Source of the DNA: Schizochytrium sp. TIO01
Lineage: Eukaryota > Protista > Bigyra: Labyrinthulomycetes
Assembly (NCBI GenBank): GCA_004764695.1
Contig: SMSO01000007.1
Span: forward strand, 248,001-312,000
Length of the DNA: 64,000 nucleotides
Direction: 5' to 3'
Shown here: piece after piece, positions 24,289 through 35,607 of the stretch
Layout: every line of letters starts with the position of its first letter
Numbering within the stretch: position 1 is the first letter of the stretch
Notes under the pieces: model-generated
Database searches by the model: none
Seen by the model: only the letters and a program-made list of their open reading frames with translations
Told to the model about the DNA's origin: nothing
Position numbers and translations under genes: made by a program

Positions 24289-27206
24289 GGCTCTTGCGGC
24301 GAGTGAACGAAAGAGAGCTTGCCTGGTGCAGCGAGGAGACTGGGGATGAATGCCGGGCGGCTTGGTTTCCGGGTTCTGGGTTCTGGGTTCTTGCTTTTTC
24401 GAAGCTTGGTGTTTTCAGCCTCAGTGTCTCTGCCCTTTTGAAAGAGTGGACGAACAGAATTCCCATCGCTGCATAAGGGGTACGTACCTACATCGGTGGG
24501 ATTCTTAAGCCGCTTCGTTTCAGACAGATGGCCATGGCAGGCGACTGCAGACTGCAAGGATGTGGCTACGGACCTGCGCAAAGCTGTGCTGAGAAACCTG
24601 CAAAGCTATGGGGACGAAGCTTGGCAGGGACGAAGAAAGCAGATAGATCGCTCGGCCTGATGATTCGGAGGCCTCCCTCTCTCGAGCAGGAAGTGAAGAG
24701 AGGGGTGCGCGGGGATGTCTCCAGAAGTACACACCTTTCATCATAGCTGACTTGCTCCCGTATCCTACGTGGTATATTTGAAGGAGAGCGATAGTAGACA
24801 CCGACGAAGACTCGAAAAACCTGGCTGTAAAGAGTATCTAGCCAAGCTCAGATGTCTCTTGGAGGCCCTGGTCTGAGCATGGCCCCATACATCAAAACCC
24901 AAAGATCTGCCAGGTCCAATATAGATTTTCCCAACATCATCTACAACTACTGCTCAGGTGCCGACCTGATTTCTTCCTCTCTTTTTTCCCCACTTAAGAA
25001 GTTTTGTTTTTTTGTTTTTTTAATATAATCGATTTTAATTTATTTTTATTCAAAAATCAACTTTAAAACCAATAAAAACTTTCTTTATTTAGACTAGGGA
25101 TAGTCTGTTAGTTATAATTACTTAGGCAAGTGAAATGCAACTTTTTATCCTTTCTCAATTTTAATTTTAATTTTAATTGGAAAAGTAGTTGTGCAATGAA
25201 AAGAAAAGGACTTTTGGAAAGCAGAGTTGTTAAAATTAAAAACTGTATGCAGAGCACCCCGGGAGCACAGTCCACGCCTCTGCGCAGGATCCGCGTGGCA
25301 TTTATCATAGCGTTGACAGGCTCAGGAAGATTTTAGCAGAGCTGAGTTGGCTTATAGGAGACCAATGAAATGATGCGATTTGCCGCGAGTTTCCTCCGAG
25401 CAGCAGCTCGCGACACAGTACTTACTTTGCGCGCGTCCTGCCGCTCTGCACCAGGAGCCCTCACCTTTCCATTTTAGAATTATGATATCTTCAAGTTGCA
25501 AAATTTATACTTTTTTTACCGCATATAAAAGTTTTCCTGGCTGCCACCGTTAGGACATACTACGCAACCTCTAACCCCCAGGATCGGCTTAGACCCTTTT
25601 ATAAACAGGCCCAAGTCTAATGCAATCTTTTATAAAGTTAAAAGTGCAAGGAGCAGTAGAGAGGTTATAGGGAACCTGCGCGTGAACAACTCTTGAAAAT
25701 ATTTTAAAAGGGAGGTAAAAGGAAAGTAAAAGTAGTTTTGTATCAAGGATGTATGCGGTTTGAAAGGTTGTTGAAAGGGAAGTAAAAAGGAAGTAAAAGA
25801 AAAATGAACAGAGATTGGAAAAACCCGGATTCTCCAAAAAGAGATCTCGTGCCGCGAATCGCAATGCTACACCAGTTCGCGGCCAGCAGAATCGAAATTG
25901 AAATCGACGTAGAGTCTTCGCATGGAGAAGAAGTAGTCCCTCAAGCACGAACCCACTGCTCTGACACGCTGGAACGAGCCTCTGTGGCCGAGGATTCTCC
26001 TCGCGCGTGGAGTTCTATCACCATAAAATAAACTTGCTTGCAAAAGCCAAGGTTGATCAAGGTTGATCCAGGTCTAGACCCCTGCGCCTGACCGGAGACT
26101 GTCTGTATACTGGCAAAATAAACTACGATCTTCTCTGAAAGCTTGGCAGATTGTCTACTTGCGTACACGGTACGCCCGGTCTTTGCAAGAGGACTTTTGA
26201 GCAGGGCTCTGGAACGGGAGCTTTCATAGCAGCAGGAGTCTTGACGATTGAAGTTCTGGGTCAAACGAACACCAAGGAGCAACTCAGCTTGCCTAACGCT
26301 CAACTCATATTAGGACGCAGACCCAAACGCGGGGCCTGTACAGAAATAGAGGTCTGGTTTATTCGCTCCATACAAGCATATTCATTCAAGTCTTTGTCGA
26401 AGCCCAAACAAACAAAAGACTGCAAGATTGATCTCATCTCTGGCGAACTTTTGGACAAATTCTTTATCTTTTAGGTCCTTTCAGTCCATTACATCCGATC
26501 CAGCAATCAATCAAAACCAGCTCGAGTTAACTGATCTGAGCGGAATCACAACTAGAACCAATCAAGGCGGATCCTTCTGTATCCACACCCTTGACCACAG
26601 GCTGTAAACTCACTGGTGCGCGCGTAAGCAATCCTCATCACCGTCAACCTCCCTTCTCCACAAAGTCCAAATTAAACAACCTGCGCCACAAAGGAACGGA
26701 ACAAAGGAACAAAGGAACGGGACGATATAGAACAGAACGCCTCCTCTCTAGCGTACCTATAACTACTCCTACTAGCTGGCAGCGCCTTTCCCAAAAGCTA
26801 ACCACCTTGTGTAGGGTTTGTCTATTGGAAACTATAACAACCGAACCCTCCCCCCAAGATAGCACCACGTAGCTAGCTGATCCAGTAACCCTTTCGTATT
26901 TATCTCTAGGCGAAGGAGGAGGGGTGTGAGCTCGTTACATTGTCAGTATATGATATACGTAGACTGAGATTTATATGGTATAAGGCGCTCTGTGTTAAAT
27001 TGAGGGGTATTCATTCATTTGCTAGCGAAGGCGCGACGAGAGCGTCTTTTGCGAGAGACGAGCGTTGCAAAGACTGCGGAAACTGTGACCAAGCCGTGAT
27101 CTTGGGAGTCTTGGCTGACTTGCTGAGACTTTGAAATAGATTTTGAGAGAAGGCCGAAAGCGGCTTCGAGAGTCAGTTATTGTAGATTGATTGATTTGGT
27201 GGCGGC

Positions 27207-28376
27207 ATGACGGAGGCCAGTGGCGAGGCCGCCAACGGCGCTAATAAAGAGGAAAATGTGGCTGAGAATGGTGTTGAGAACAAAGAGGAGCAGAATGGAA
27301 ACGATGCAGAAGATGTCCAAAGCGAAACTAAGGCTGGCAGCGATGATTCCATGAGCAAATCTGGAGCAAGTAGCTCCCCATCGGCCACTGCGAATGGCAA
27401 AGATGACGACGATGACGATGACGCCGAAGATGATGGCGAAGATGACGCCGAAGATGACGATGACGACAACGACAATGAGGACGACGACGACGATGACGAT
27501 GAGGATTCTGATGATAATTTGACTTTAGATCAACTTCAGAAGTCCAAAAAGGCTACGAGCGATGAAGACGACGATGACGATGACGACAACGACAATGAAG
27601 ACGACGACGACGACGACGACAATGATAATGACGACGATGACGATGACGATGAAGACAACGACAACGAAAATGAAAACGACGATGATGCAGAGGAGGATAA
27701 TGACAATGATGATGAGGACGACGATGAGGACGATGATGAGGACGACAACGTCCCGCTGAGCGATCTGATACCACAGTTGACGCCAAGGCGAAGCAGAAAG
27801 AAACCTAATTACAAGGAAGTAGACTCTGACGACGATGAAGGGTATGAGGATGAAGACGATGATGGTGGAAGTACACGTAAAAAACGCAAAACGATGACAT
27901 CAGCAAGCAAGTCAGCGCAAATTGCGGTAGCCTCGACTGCCGCAGAAGAAACCGAGAAACACGCGCTGGTTGCAAACATCCTGAAGCGCTGGCAATACTG
28001 CCTTCCGTACTGGCCTGACATGTCTAATGTACCAAAGCCCCCCAAGACCTTCATCGAAACCGGAACAAAGGGTGTGTATGTAGGTATTGCACCTGATAAC
28101 CTTGGAGAGATCCGCGACCTCCGGCCGAGGGATGGCAAAGCGCCTATCTTTTCTGTACTCATCAAGTATCCTGTAAAGGAGCTCCGGGAGGACCTTATCA
28201 ATGGCATTACCAAGCAGCAAAAGGCTCTTGACGATAACAAATCTCGTTACCCTGAGGACTGGTACAATAAAGTGACAAAGCTGCTCAAAACGGAGCTGAG
28301 GAATGCGAAGGCTATTAAGCATATCAAGGTAGAAGCTGAGTTCATTGGATGGTCAAAAAAGAACAAGCTTTCTTAA
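27207..28376 (+). CDS. Asp-rich acidic, probably nuclear protein with conserved-looking C-terminal domain
   Basis: 389 aa; long D/E/N tracts, NLS-like RRSRKKPNY and RKKRK, globular C-terminus LVANILKRWQYCLPYWP. Confidence 0.85.
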   Translation: MTEASGEAANGANKEENVAENGVENKEEQNGNDAEDVQSETKAGSDDSMSKSGASSSPSATANGKDDDDDDDAEDDGEDDAEDDDDDNDNEDDDDDDDEDSDDNLTLDQLQKSKKATSDEDDDDDDDNDNEDDDDDDDNDNDDDDDDDEDNDNENENDDDAEEDNDNDDEDDDEDDDEDDNVPLSDLIPQLTPRRSRKKPNYKEVDSDDDEGYEDEDDDGGSTRKKRKTMTSASKSAQIAVASTAAEETEKHALVANILKRWQYCLPYWPDMSNVPKPPKTFIETGTKGVYVGIAPDNLGEIRDLRPRDGKAPIFSVLIKYPVKELREDLINGITKQQKALDDNKSRYPEDWYNKVTKLLKTELRNAKAIKHIKVEAEFIGWSKKNKLS

Positions 28377-29074
28377 ATTCTTCTGTTGTCTTTTGTACGA
28401 ACGTTTATTTCTCTCACCAATATCTGACTTCTTTTTTGTTTCTATTCCTTTTTACTTCTTGATTCTTCTGTTTTGCGCCTTTTTTTACTTCCTTGTTTAT
28501 ATGTTGGATTCTGTTTCTCCTTATCATTTAAATAGTGGCACCAGTAGTCTTTCTTACAACTTACAGAGGAGCCATCGTTCGAGCTGAATAGATTCATTTT
28601 TTTCTCGCTAACAGCTGTGATCGTTCGTCACCCACCTTCACCTGCCACTATAAATCACAACAAGCAACAAAGCCTGTGTTATTCGATTGAGCAGCATGTC
28701 CTATCATTTTAAAACGTGCGTCTCTTCGCATTTCTCTCAATTGAGAGGCGCAGATTGTGGTTGGCTTCCCAATCTGTCAAAGTAGCATACATGCAGTCGA
28801 TAAAAGAAGATTGAACGCAATCCTCTCAGCTGAACCGGTGATTAAACGCACCAATGAGCCCAACCAAACAAACAAAATGTGCTTAGCACTTTTGAGAAAA
28901 ACAAGCCTTATTGATTTAAACTATACTTTCGTTCAAGTCTCGCGATAGTCTTCCTTGCAATACATAAACCTAAAATCCTAGGTCGTGTACCCCCCAAGCG
29001 GGTTAACGCCACCACGCCATTTCTACTTAAAAAGCCCAGACGCGTCATATCTTACATTGTCTAACAAACACTAA

Positions 29075-30580
29075 CTAGCATGAAGGAGAAGGAGCTGTGT
29101 CCGGCGCAATACTTGTTGGTTGTCTCCTGCGCGTGAAGATAGCAATCTTCTCAATAAAATGAGTGTAGGCAAAGTGGTCAGCAAGACAGAGTTCCCGAAG
29201 CTCAAAACCTTCCGCAAGAGCTTCTGCGTTGCGCTCTAGGCCGTCTCCACACGCCACATACACGAGTATGTCAACAAAATCAAGCTGACCCAAAAATCGT
29301 GCCAAGTCGTTTGGCAAACCTCGTCTGGGAGGATCAACTAAGCAAACAGTAGGGCCCTTTACATCAGGGAAAGCCGCGCGACGTAGAATCCTAGGCAGTC
29401 GCTTCATGTCATCACAGAATACTTGCACATGGGTTAGATTGTTGATTCCTAAATTGTGTTTGGCCTGCCTCACAAGGTGCGGGTCAATCTCGACACAAAG
29501 GACCTGAGTGAAGAGGTCCGCAAGCCCGACAGTATGATTGCCGCAGCCACTACAGAGCTCCAGAAGGCGAGCATCCGCAACATTGTAACGGGAAGAAAGC
29601 ATCTCGTGCATCCAGTCGTTCACCCCACGCGTGATGGCACCGTTGGGGTTAGAAAAGCTGCCTTCAACCTGGCAGAGCATACGCCCAGGAAAAAGAGCTT
29701 TCTCCACGACCTGGGCAACCCCGCCCATGGACTCATCTGGTGCTGTAGCACCCTCTGTGCGAGCTGTCAACACACATTTCCGTGAGCGCCAAACCACCGT
29801 GATGTCACCATGTAAATTATCTTTGAGCCGCATCAGCAGACCCCTATTCATAGCATCTCGCCACTCCTCCTCAGACACATCGTCCTCACCCTCTGTGAAG
29901 TACATGGTTACCAAAAAGTCATCTCCCTGCATAGTGTCGACGAAATTGACCAGGTGCAAGCGGTCCACGCAAGGCATTTCTGAGCTTTCACCGTGCTTTG
30001 TATTCAGACTCTCAAGAGTGGCCTTCATGGCAACCTGAATTCTCTTTGTCGCAATCGGGAAGTCATCCTCAATATCAAAGAATAGCCTATCCGGGAGATT
30101 TGGGTCCGTATTGGACACCCCGAACCTAAAGGGTCTGCGCTCGCTGACGACCTCGACGTCTCCATCGGTTTCACCAACATCAGCGTTGGCACGGCCCACG
30201 AAGAACTTAAGCCTGAGCCTGTGGTGCCTCACTGGGGATGGCACTACATGCACGCAATCCCCAGCGAGTCCGGGCCAGTTCTGCTGCAGTTCACGCTCTG
30301 TCTTGACTGCGAGCTGCACCGCGTAGGACAGCGAGTTCACAGGCATCACAAAGCCTCGCATGTGATGCTGCCTCGGGCCCGAAGCAGCGGAGTCTTCTCC
30401 CCAGCAATCAAACGCAACTTTCATGATAGCTCGCTCCAAGCTGCGATGTACCTCGACAGAGCTCTCTGCAGCACACCTGCGGACTACAGCGGGAACGGAG
30501 CGGTCCGCAGAGCTTGGGAGTGCATCTTCGAAGCGCAGTGCAGCGGAGATGGCTTCGCAGCCGCCGCACTGACAGACCAT
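29075..30580 (-). CDS. trmA: tRNA/RNA (uracil-5-)-methyltransferase, TrmA family
   Basis: SFSNPN, SAM motif LLELCSGCGN, VEID, VDPPRRG, catalytic Cys in YVAC, DHFAYTHFIE (cf. TrmA DQFPYTHHME); first ATG at 30580. Confidence 0.85.
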   Translation of the reverse strand: MVCQCGGCEAISAALRFEDALPSSADRSVPAVVRRCAAESSVEVHRSLERAIMKVAFDCWGEDSAASGPRQHHMRGFVMPVNSLSYAVQLAVKTERELQQNWPGLAGDCVHVVPSPVRHHRLRLKFFVGRANADVGETDGDVEVVSERRPFRFGVSNTDPNLPDRLFFDIEDDFPIATKRIQVAMKATLESLNTKHGESSEMPCVDRLHLVNFVDTMQGDDFLVTMYFTEGEDDVSEEEWRDAMNRGLLMRLKDNLHGDITVVWRSRKCVLTARTEGATAPDESMGGVAQVVEKALFPGRMLCQVEGSFSNPNGAITRGVNDWMHEMLSSRYNVADARLLELCSGCGNHTVGLADLFTQVLCVEIDPHLVRQAKHNLGINNLTHVQVFCDDMKRLPRILRRAAFPDVKGPTVCLVDPPRRGLPNDLARFLGQLDFVDILVYVACGDGLERNAEALAEGFELRELCLADHFAYTHFIEKIAIFTRRRQPTSIAPDTAPSPSC

Positions 30581-30899
30581 AGTGAGCGACGATGACAAGC
30601 ACGAGGAGGGGAGCCAGGGCCTGGACCACACCACGATTCGCAACGCAAACCCTTGCGTGCAATATTGATGAATGTTTGCTTCAACTTGAGTGGCTTGAAG
30701 GACACCATTGTTTTGATAGGAAAGAAAGAAGGGAAAATAAGAGATCAAAATGAAGGGAGATGCGAAATGATCAGGTAAGGTGATCACGCAGATTGACGGG
30801 CGAGGGGATTGGAGTGCGCGATAAAGCAATAAGTACGGAGTCAAGTTTGGTGTACTAAGAAGGAGCAAGAGCTTTTAAAACAGTACAAGGGGAAATGAC

Positions 30900-31800
30900 A
30901 TTGTGGAATTTTGAGGGTATGAACGTTACGAATAGCCCAAACAAGCGGATTTGGAAAATGGTTATGGGCATGAAGGAACAACCAAAAGGGAGCACCTGCA
31001 ATCAGGAAACCAGAAAGTTTACCCTGTTCGGTTTGGGTTTAGACCTTGATAAGGTAAGATCTGGATTTTCGCTGTTAATTTGGCACAAATGTAAGCTAGT
31101 ATTCAATTCACAAATCCAGCCAAGAAGTGTTTCCCCGTTTCCTTCTGGTTTTACCAAATCTTTATGCTACATATTGAAGGTTGATACCCTGCTAATATTC
31201 ATCGCTACAAGTTCGCAAATTAAGGTTGCTCTCGAAGCAAACAGTATCTTCACTTCCTCTCTGCTCCGATGTCACCCAGCTACTCAAATATATAAAGCAA
31301 CAATGCACAATGCACAGGCCAAAAAAAATAGCAAAGTATTCCCAAATGGCCGCATAGACAAAACCGCTAATAACTTTCTTAGGTTTCCGTACCCTGAAGT
31401 CATGTTGAATGGAACCTATTTTGCTTTAAAATGGAATCTCACTTCAACAGTATTGGCCTGACCATCTACACTTACTCTGAAATCGTAGTTTTCCGCATAC
31501 GTCGTGTTGCTAAAGAAACAGCGTATAGACAGTATTCTATCTTCTATCCAAGTTGAGTGCCATGCACGCAATGTGGTACCTTTTTGGTCCTCATAGTCGT
31601 AATTCAATACCAATTTAGGTCAACAATAAGGTAACTACAATTGACAAGAATGAAAGAAAGATAATACCACGGTAGTGAACTTTCAAGAACAAAAGTCAAG
31701 TCAGCAAGTCTCGATCGAGCTCCGACGGAGATTCTACTCGCTTGCCAGGCCGCTCGGCGGCACGGCTGGCAGTATTTTCGGGGATAGATACTTTTGTCCA
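30900..31800 (-). pseudogene. Possible disrupted membrane-protein gene remnant
   Basis: Protein-like minus-strand fragments 31604-31801 and 31416-31613 continue past stops into a TM-like NTLLFFLACALCIVALY; the + strand 188-aa ORF may be its shadow. Confidence 0.2.
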
Positions 31801-31859
31801 CCCAGGTTGGCAGCCAGGTAGCGGATCCTGAAAGGAAAGTCTGCGATTAGATCATCAAA

Positions 31860-34595
31860 ATGGCGATCGGCAGGCTAACCAAGGTCTCGGCGGTAGTCAT
31901 CTGGGCCGCTATCTGCGCCGTGAATGAGCCAGCTAGAGCTGCAGGACCTCATGTCGATGTGCGGTGGAGTGTGCTTGCAGGACAGTACTTTCTTGCAGAA
32001 AACCTCACGGCTCAGGAGGGAGGATTTGACTTGGAAATACACCCTGGGAGCGAAGCCGAGGTCATGCTTCGAGGCGTGGACCTAGAAACATCTTCATCGA
32101 TGTCAAGGCATTCTTCGTCAACAACAGGTTCTTCAGCTTCACCTCCATCACATGAAGGACTTCAAACTTTTGAGCAAAGAAAACGTCAAGTCCATGTAGA
32201 ACGCCGAAGAGAAAGGGTTAGTGCAAACGAGGATGATGACGAAGAGTTGGAAGCAGCGAATACAACAACCACAGCGGAGGAGGATGCAGAGATGGCAAGG
32301 CTAGAGGTACTCTTACCTGTTGCAGATTGGACATTTAAGAAGCTTGATGTTAGAGGTGCGGTCAGAGATGCCGCGCGGTACCGTGTCACGGTTCAGGCAA
32401 GTTCACCTCATGAGAAACCAATGTTTCGGCTCGGTTTGACACCAGGCCAAGACCTCAGACCAGGAGAACGTCTGTACCGGGAGTGGATGGTAGACAACAG
32501 GTGCCTATGGTACCTTGCGGGACGCCCTGATGAATCAGCAGAGCTCAACGATGACCAAGTGTGGGGTGCGTTTGGCCAAGACGGCTGTGTTGTTGGATCA
32601 ACTCTTTCGATGGAAGTTGACCTTACCAAAGGTCAGGTGAGGTTTTGGTCACCATCTTCACAAGGTAGTCAACCCGAGCTACGTTTTTCCCTAGATGGAT
32701 TTGCCCCAATATCATTGCCTCGATTGACAGAGCAGCGGGACCACGTCTCTCTTACTCAGGACCTTGTGATTAATGGTGCGAGTTTTAACTTCGAAACGTC
32801 CAATTTCGGGCCAGATTTGCCGCTTGGTCGTGCAATTGTAGAAGGCCTTGTACTCGCAGACCCAATCGATGCTTGTGATCCATTTTCCACCCGTATGTCA
32901 CAAAAAATAAAGGGTAATGTGCTATATGCGCTTCGTGGCGGGTGTGACTTTCTTGACAAAGTTCTCCATGCCCAAGCGGCCGGGGCAGTTGCTGTTATAG
33001 TTGCAGACAACAAAGAATCTCGGCGTCAAGCCCGTCCCGTAAAAAAATCCAAACTTGGAGCTAAAGGCGGCGATGATGAGTCCATTGCTGCAGGTGACCT
33101 GGCTGACGGGCCTGAGCTCGTCATTATGGATCATATCAACCGCCATGAAGATGCATCTCGGGTGCTCATTCCTTCAGTGTTTGTCTCAAATGCGGCTGAT
33201 AAGTATATTACATCTCAATACAAAGCTGGCCGGTCCATTAATGTTGCACTTCGAGGTTCGGTGGACGCCCCTGCTCATCACGGTTTGCACTGGAGGGAGC
33301 ACCGCTTGTCTCCAGCGATATGGCTTGGCCCGACCACCGAAGTCAGTATTACTGTTGAAGCATCTCCAAAAGCCTCTGTGCAAAAGCAGTCATGCCGCCC
33401 TGTTGCATATTTGCCTCTAGCAGCGTCAGAACGGAAGAGTTTGCTAGCCTCTTTGCGAGGGGTAGCTCGTTCTAAAGAGACTAGTAAAGATGCAGCAGGT
33501 TTCCGTACTAGTAAGCGACTTGCTGCACAGGGTCAGGCATGTGGCGAAACAGAGGCATCACCAGGTAGCTACCTGTCTGTTCTTGATTCAGGTATTTCAC
33601 TTATCCCTTGGCTCAGAAATATCCCTCAATTTAGTTCTGAGTTTCAAGAATCTAAGTTCTCTGCAAGACAAAAAATTACCAACGGATGGGGGCTAAGCCT
33701 GGTGCCGTCCACAGATCTTTTGCGAAGCCAAGAAGATAAGAGTGTGGTTCTTCAGCGTCATGCATCGCGCTGTCCTCGGGAAGCATCGGCAAGTCGAAAT
33801 GAGCTCGTTGTTCAGAGGGCATCTGATGCTAGCGACAAGAGCCAAACTGAATCTGCAATCATTTGTACATTTGTGCATGGACTTGCAGCTCCCCGTGAGA
33901 CAAGTGCTTCTATCCTCCCGGTCGTGTCTCCAGAGTTTTTTGCACTGAGTACCTTGCGTGCCCCTTTAATTTACATGTGGGAGTTCCATTTAATCATCCC
34001 AGAAATCTTTGAATCCACACGCCAATCGAAAGAACAGAAAGGTTCGGAAACGGCAGAGAGCGCGTCTGGTTATGAAAAGAATTTTGAAGACAAACCTAGT
34101 GGGAAGGATAATACTTTGTTTGCTGCAGTTGGTGTTGTAACTGACCCAACGGGCCGGGCCAGTGAATTTTGGGGACTCACCTCAGATGGCTTCCCTCTCA
34201 TCAAAGGTCGGGAAATGAGCATTTCTTCTTCTTCGGTTGAAATCAACCAGGCCCTTCGTTGGACCTCCTATGCTGGGGTTTTGCTTGATCTAAGTGATAT
34301 GAGCATTACAATTTTTACAGATGCTGCACATTCGAGATGGGTCACCTTACAGATTAAGCCAAACCCAGACATCCTTTTGCCTGTAATGGGGGAACCCGAA
34401 AATGGACTGCCGAGTGCCGGTGCTATGCCCTTCATCACGCTGCATGCCGGCTTGCGCGTCCGCCCCGGTGAATTCCTGACACATAAACATGCAGATGCAG
34501 TGCGTGCCCAGAAAGAACATCGAAAAGCCTCTAGCAAATGCATTCAGGCTCACATAGATGTTCACATTTGCGCAGCCTCGGCCTCAACTGCTTGA
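31860..34595 (+). CDS. Secreted protease-associated (PA) domain protein with SPRY-like beta-sandwich domains
   Basis: 911 aa; signal peptide (VSAVVIWAAICA); PA domain PIDAC...LRGGCDFLDKVLHAQAAGAVAVIVADN...IPSVFVS; SPRY-like segments VGSTLSMEVDLTKGQVRF and GVLLDLSDMSITIF...MPFITL. Confidence 0.8.
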   Translation: MAIGRLTKVSAVVIWAAICAVNEPARAAGPHVDVRWSVLAGQYFLAENLTAQEGGFDLEIHPGSEAEVMLRGVDLETSSSMSRHSSSTTGSSASPPSHEGLQTFEQRKRQVHVERRRERVSANEDDDEELEAANTTTTAEEDAEMARLEVLLPVADWTFKKLDVRGAVRDAARYRVTVQASSPHEKPMFRLGLTPGQDLRPGERLYREWMVDNRCLWYLAGRPDESAELNDDQVWGAFGQDGCVVGSTLSMEVDLTKGQVRFWSPSSQGSQPELRFSLDGFAPISLPRLTEQRDHVSLTQDLVINGASFNFETSNFGPDLPLGRAIVEGLVLADPIDACDPFSTRMSQKIKGNVLYALRGGCDFLDKVLHAQAAGAVAVIVADNKESRRQARPVKKSKLGAKGGDDESIAAGDLADGPELVIMDHINRHEDASRVLIPSVFVSNAADKYITSQYKAGRSINVALRGSVDAPAHHGLHWREHRLSPAIWLGPTTEVSITVEASPKASVQKQSCRPVAYLPLAASERKSLLASLRGVARSKETSKDAAGFRTSKRLAAQGQACGETEASPGSYLSVLDSGISLIPWLRNIPQFSSEFQESKFSARQKITNGWGLSLVPSTDLLRSQEDKSVVLQRHASRCPREASASRNELVVQRASDASDKSQTESAIICTFVHGLAAPRETSASILPVVSPEFFALSTLRAPLIYMWEFHLIIPEIFESTRQSKEQKGSETAESASGYEKNFEDKPSGKDNTLFAAVGVVTDPTGRASEFWGLTSDGFPLIKGREMSISSSSVEINQALRWTSYAGVLLDLSDMSITIFTDAAHSRWVTLQIKPNPDILLPVMGEPENGLPSAGAMPFITLHAGLRVRPGEFLTHKHADAVRAQKEHRKASSKCIQAHIDVHICAASASTA

Positions 34596-35167
34596 ACTCA
34601 TTAAATGTTTCTTATCAAAGAGATCTTTTGCCGCCACAGCTCACAACTCATCCCTGCTGATTATCATTCAGGTTCGCGTTTCGTTTTATCCACATTCATA
34701 ATTGCTGTCGCCGCTTCTCCTTCTGCAAAGCCACAGCCACTACTGAAATGCATACTCTTTCTTGCGAGATCGCCGGCTACATTTGTCAAGATCTAGTACT
34801 CTATAGCAACTATAGTACATTAAAAAAAGAATCAACTGTCTCTTGTGTTTTTTTGTTTTTTGCTTGCTTTCTTTCAACATTTGTTTATAATTGTCTAACT
34901 ATGCCAATAGGATGAGAGACTTTCCAGTGGATTGTCTACATGTAAGCCATAATTTCGGGCCCAACTTTGTGAAGACGTCTTATCAGTGATCAGGATCAGA
35001 TCAGAGGGAAACAAGAACTGGGAATGGTAGGGAAAGGGGGATTCAAGGAAAGGGACAATTCTCGTTTCGAAAAAGAAAGTGCCCTCGAAAACAATAAAGT
35101 TGAGAGAAAGAAAATTTGCGGTCGGCCATCTTAGATGTCACGTCTGAAAAGTTTTACTTTTGTCATT

Positions 35168-35379
35168 TTCATTTCTTTCGAGGTAAAAGATTTTGATCTC
35201 TCTTCCTTAAAAGGTTTTGAGGTGTGCAAATGAAAAGATCACTTTCTGATTTTTGTAAAAGCTGAAAGGGGAAAGAAAGTTCATTTCTTTCAAGGTAAAA
35301 AAATTACCCTTCAAAGATTTTTGAGGTACGCAAAACGGAAAGATCGCTTTCAGGTTCTGGTAAAGCTGAAAGGGGAAAG
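35168..35379. repeat. Degenerate ~100-110 bp tandem duplication upstream of the nuclease-kinase gene
   Basis: Units 35168-35275 and 35280-35379 share ttcatttctttcRaggtaaaa...ttttgaggt..gcaaa..gaaagatcRcttt...taaagctgaaaggggaaag. Confidence 0.85.
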
Positions 35380-35607
35380 GACAATCACGCTTGCTCAACC
35401 AAAACGAGTGTCCCTCTCAAATTGAAGCACGCGTAATCGACATGTTTGGATTTCTATCGATCGAGCGCGTTGCGTTTTATTCCTGAGATCTGTCGGTCTG
35501 GCTAGATCTAGGATGTGTAATCCCCTGGTTGAGTGAAAGTGGGTGTTTCGTTGCAGGCAAATCCGGAATTCTGTCAGCACGTGCAGAGTTTAAGAAGATA
35601 AACAAGG

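Noticed and set aside
27173-27786. Poly-Ser/Thr/His ORFs
   Set aside because: Alternative-frame and antisense shadows of the GAY-rich acidic gene
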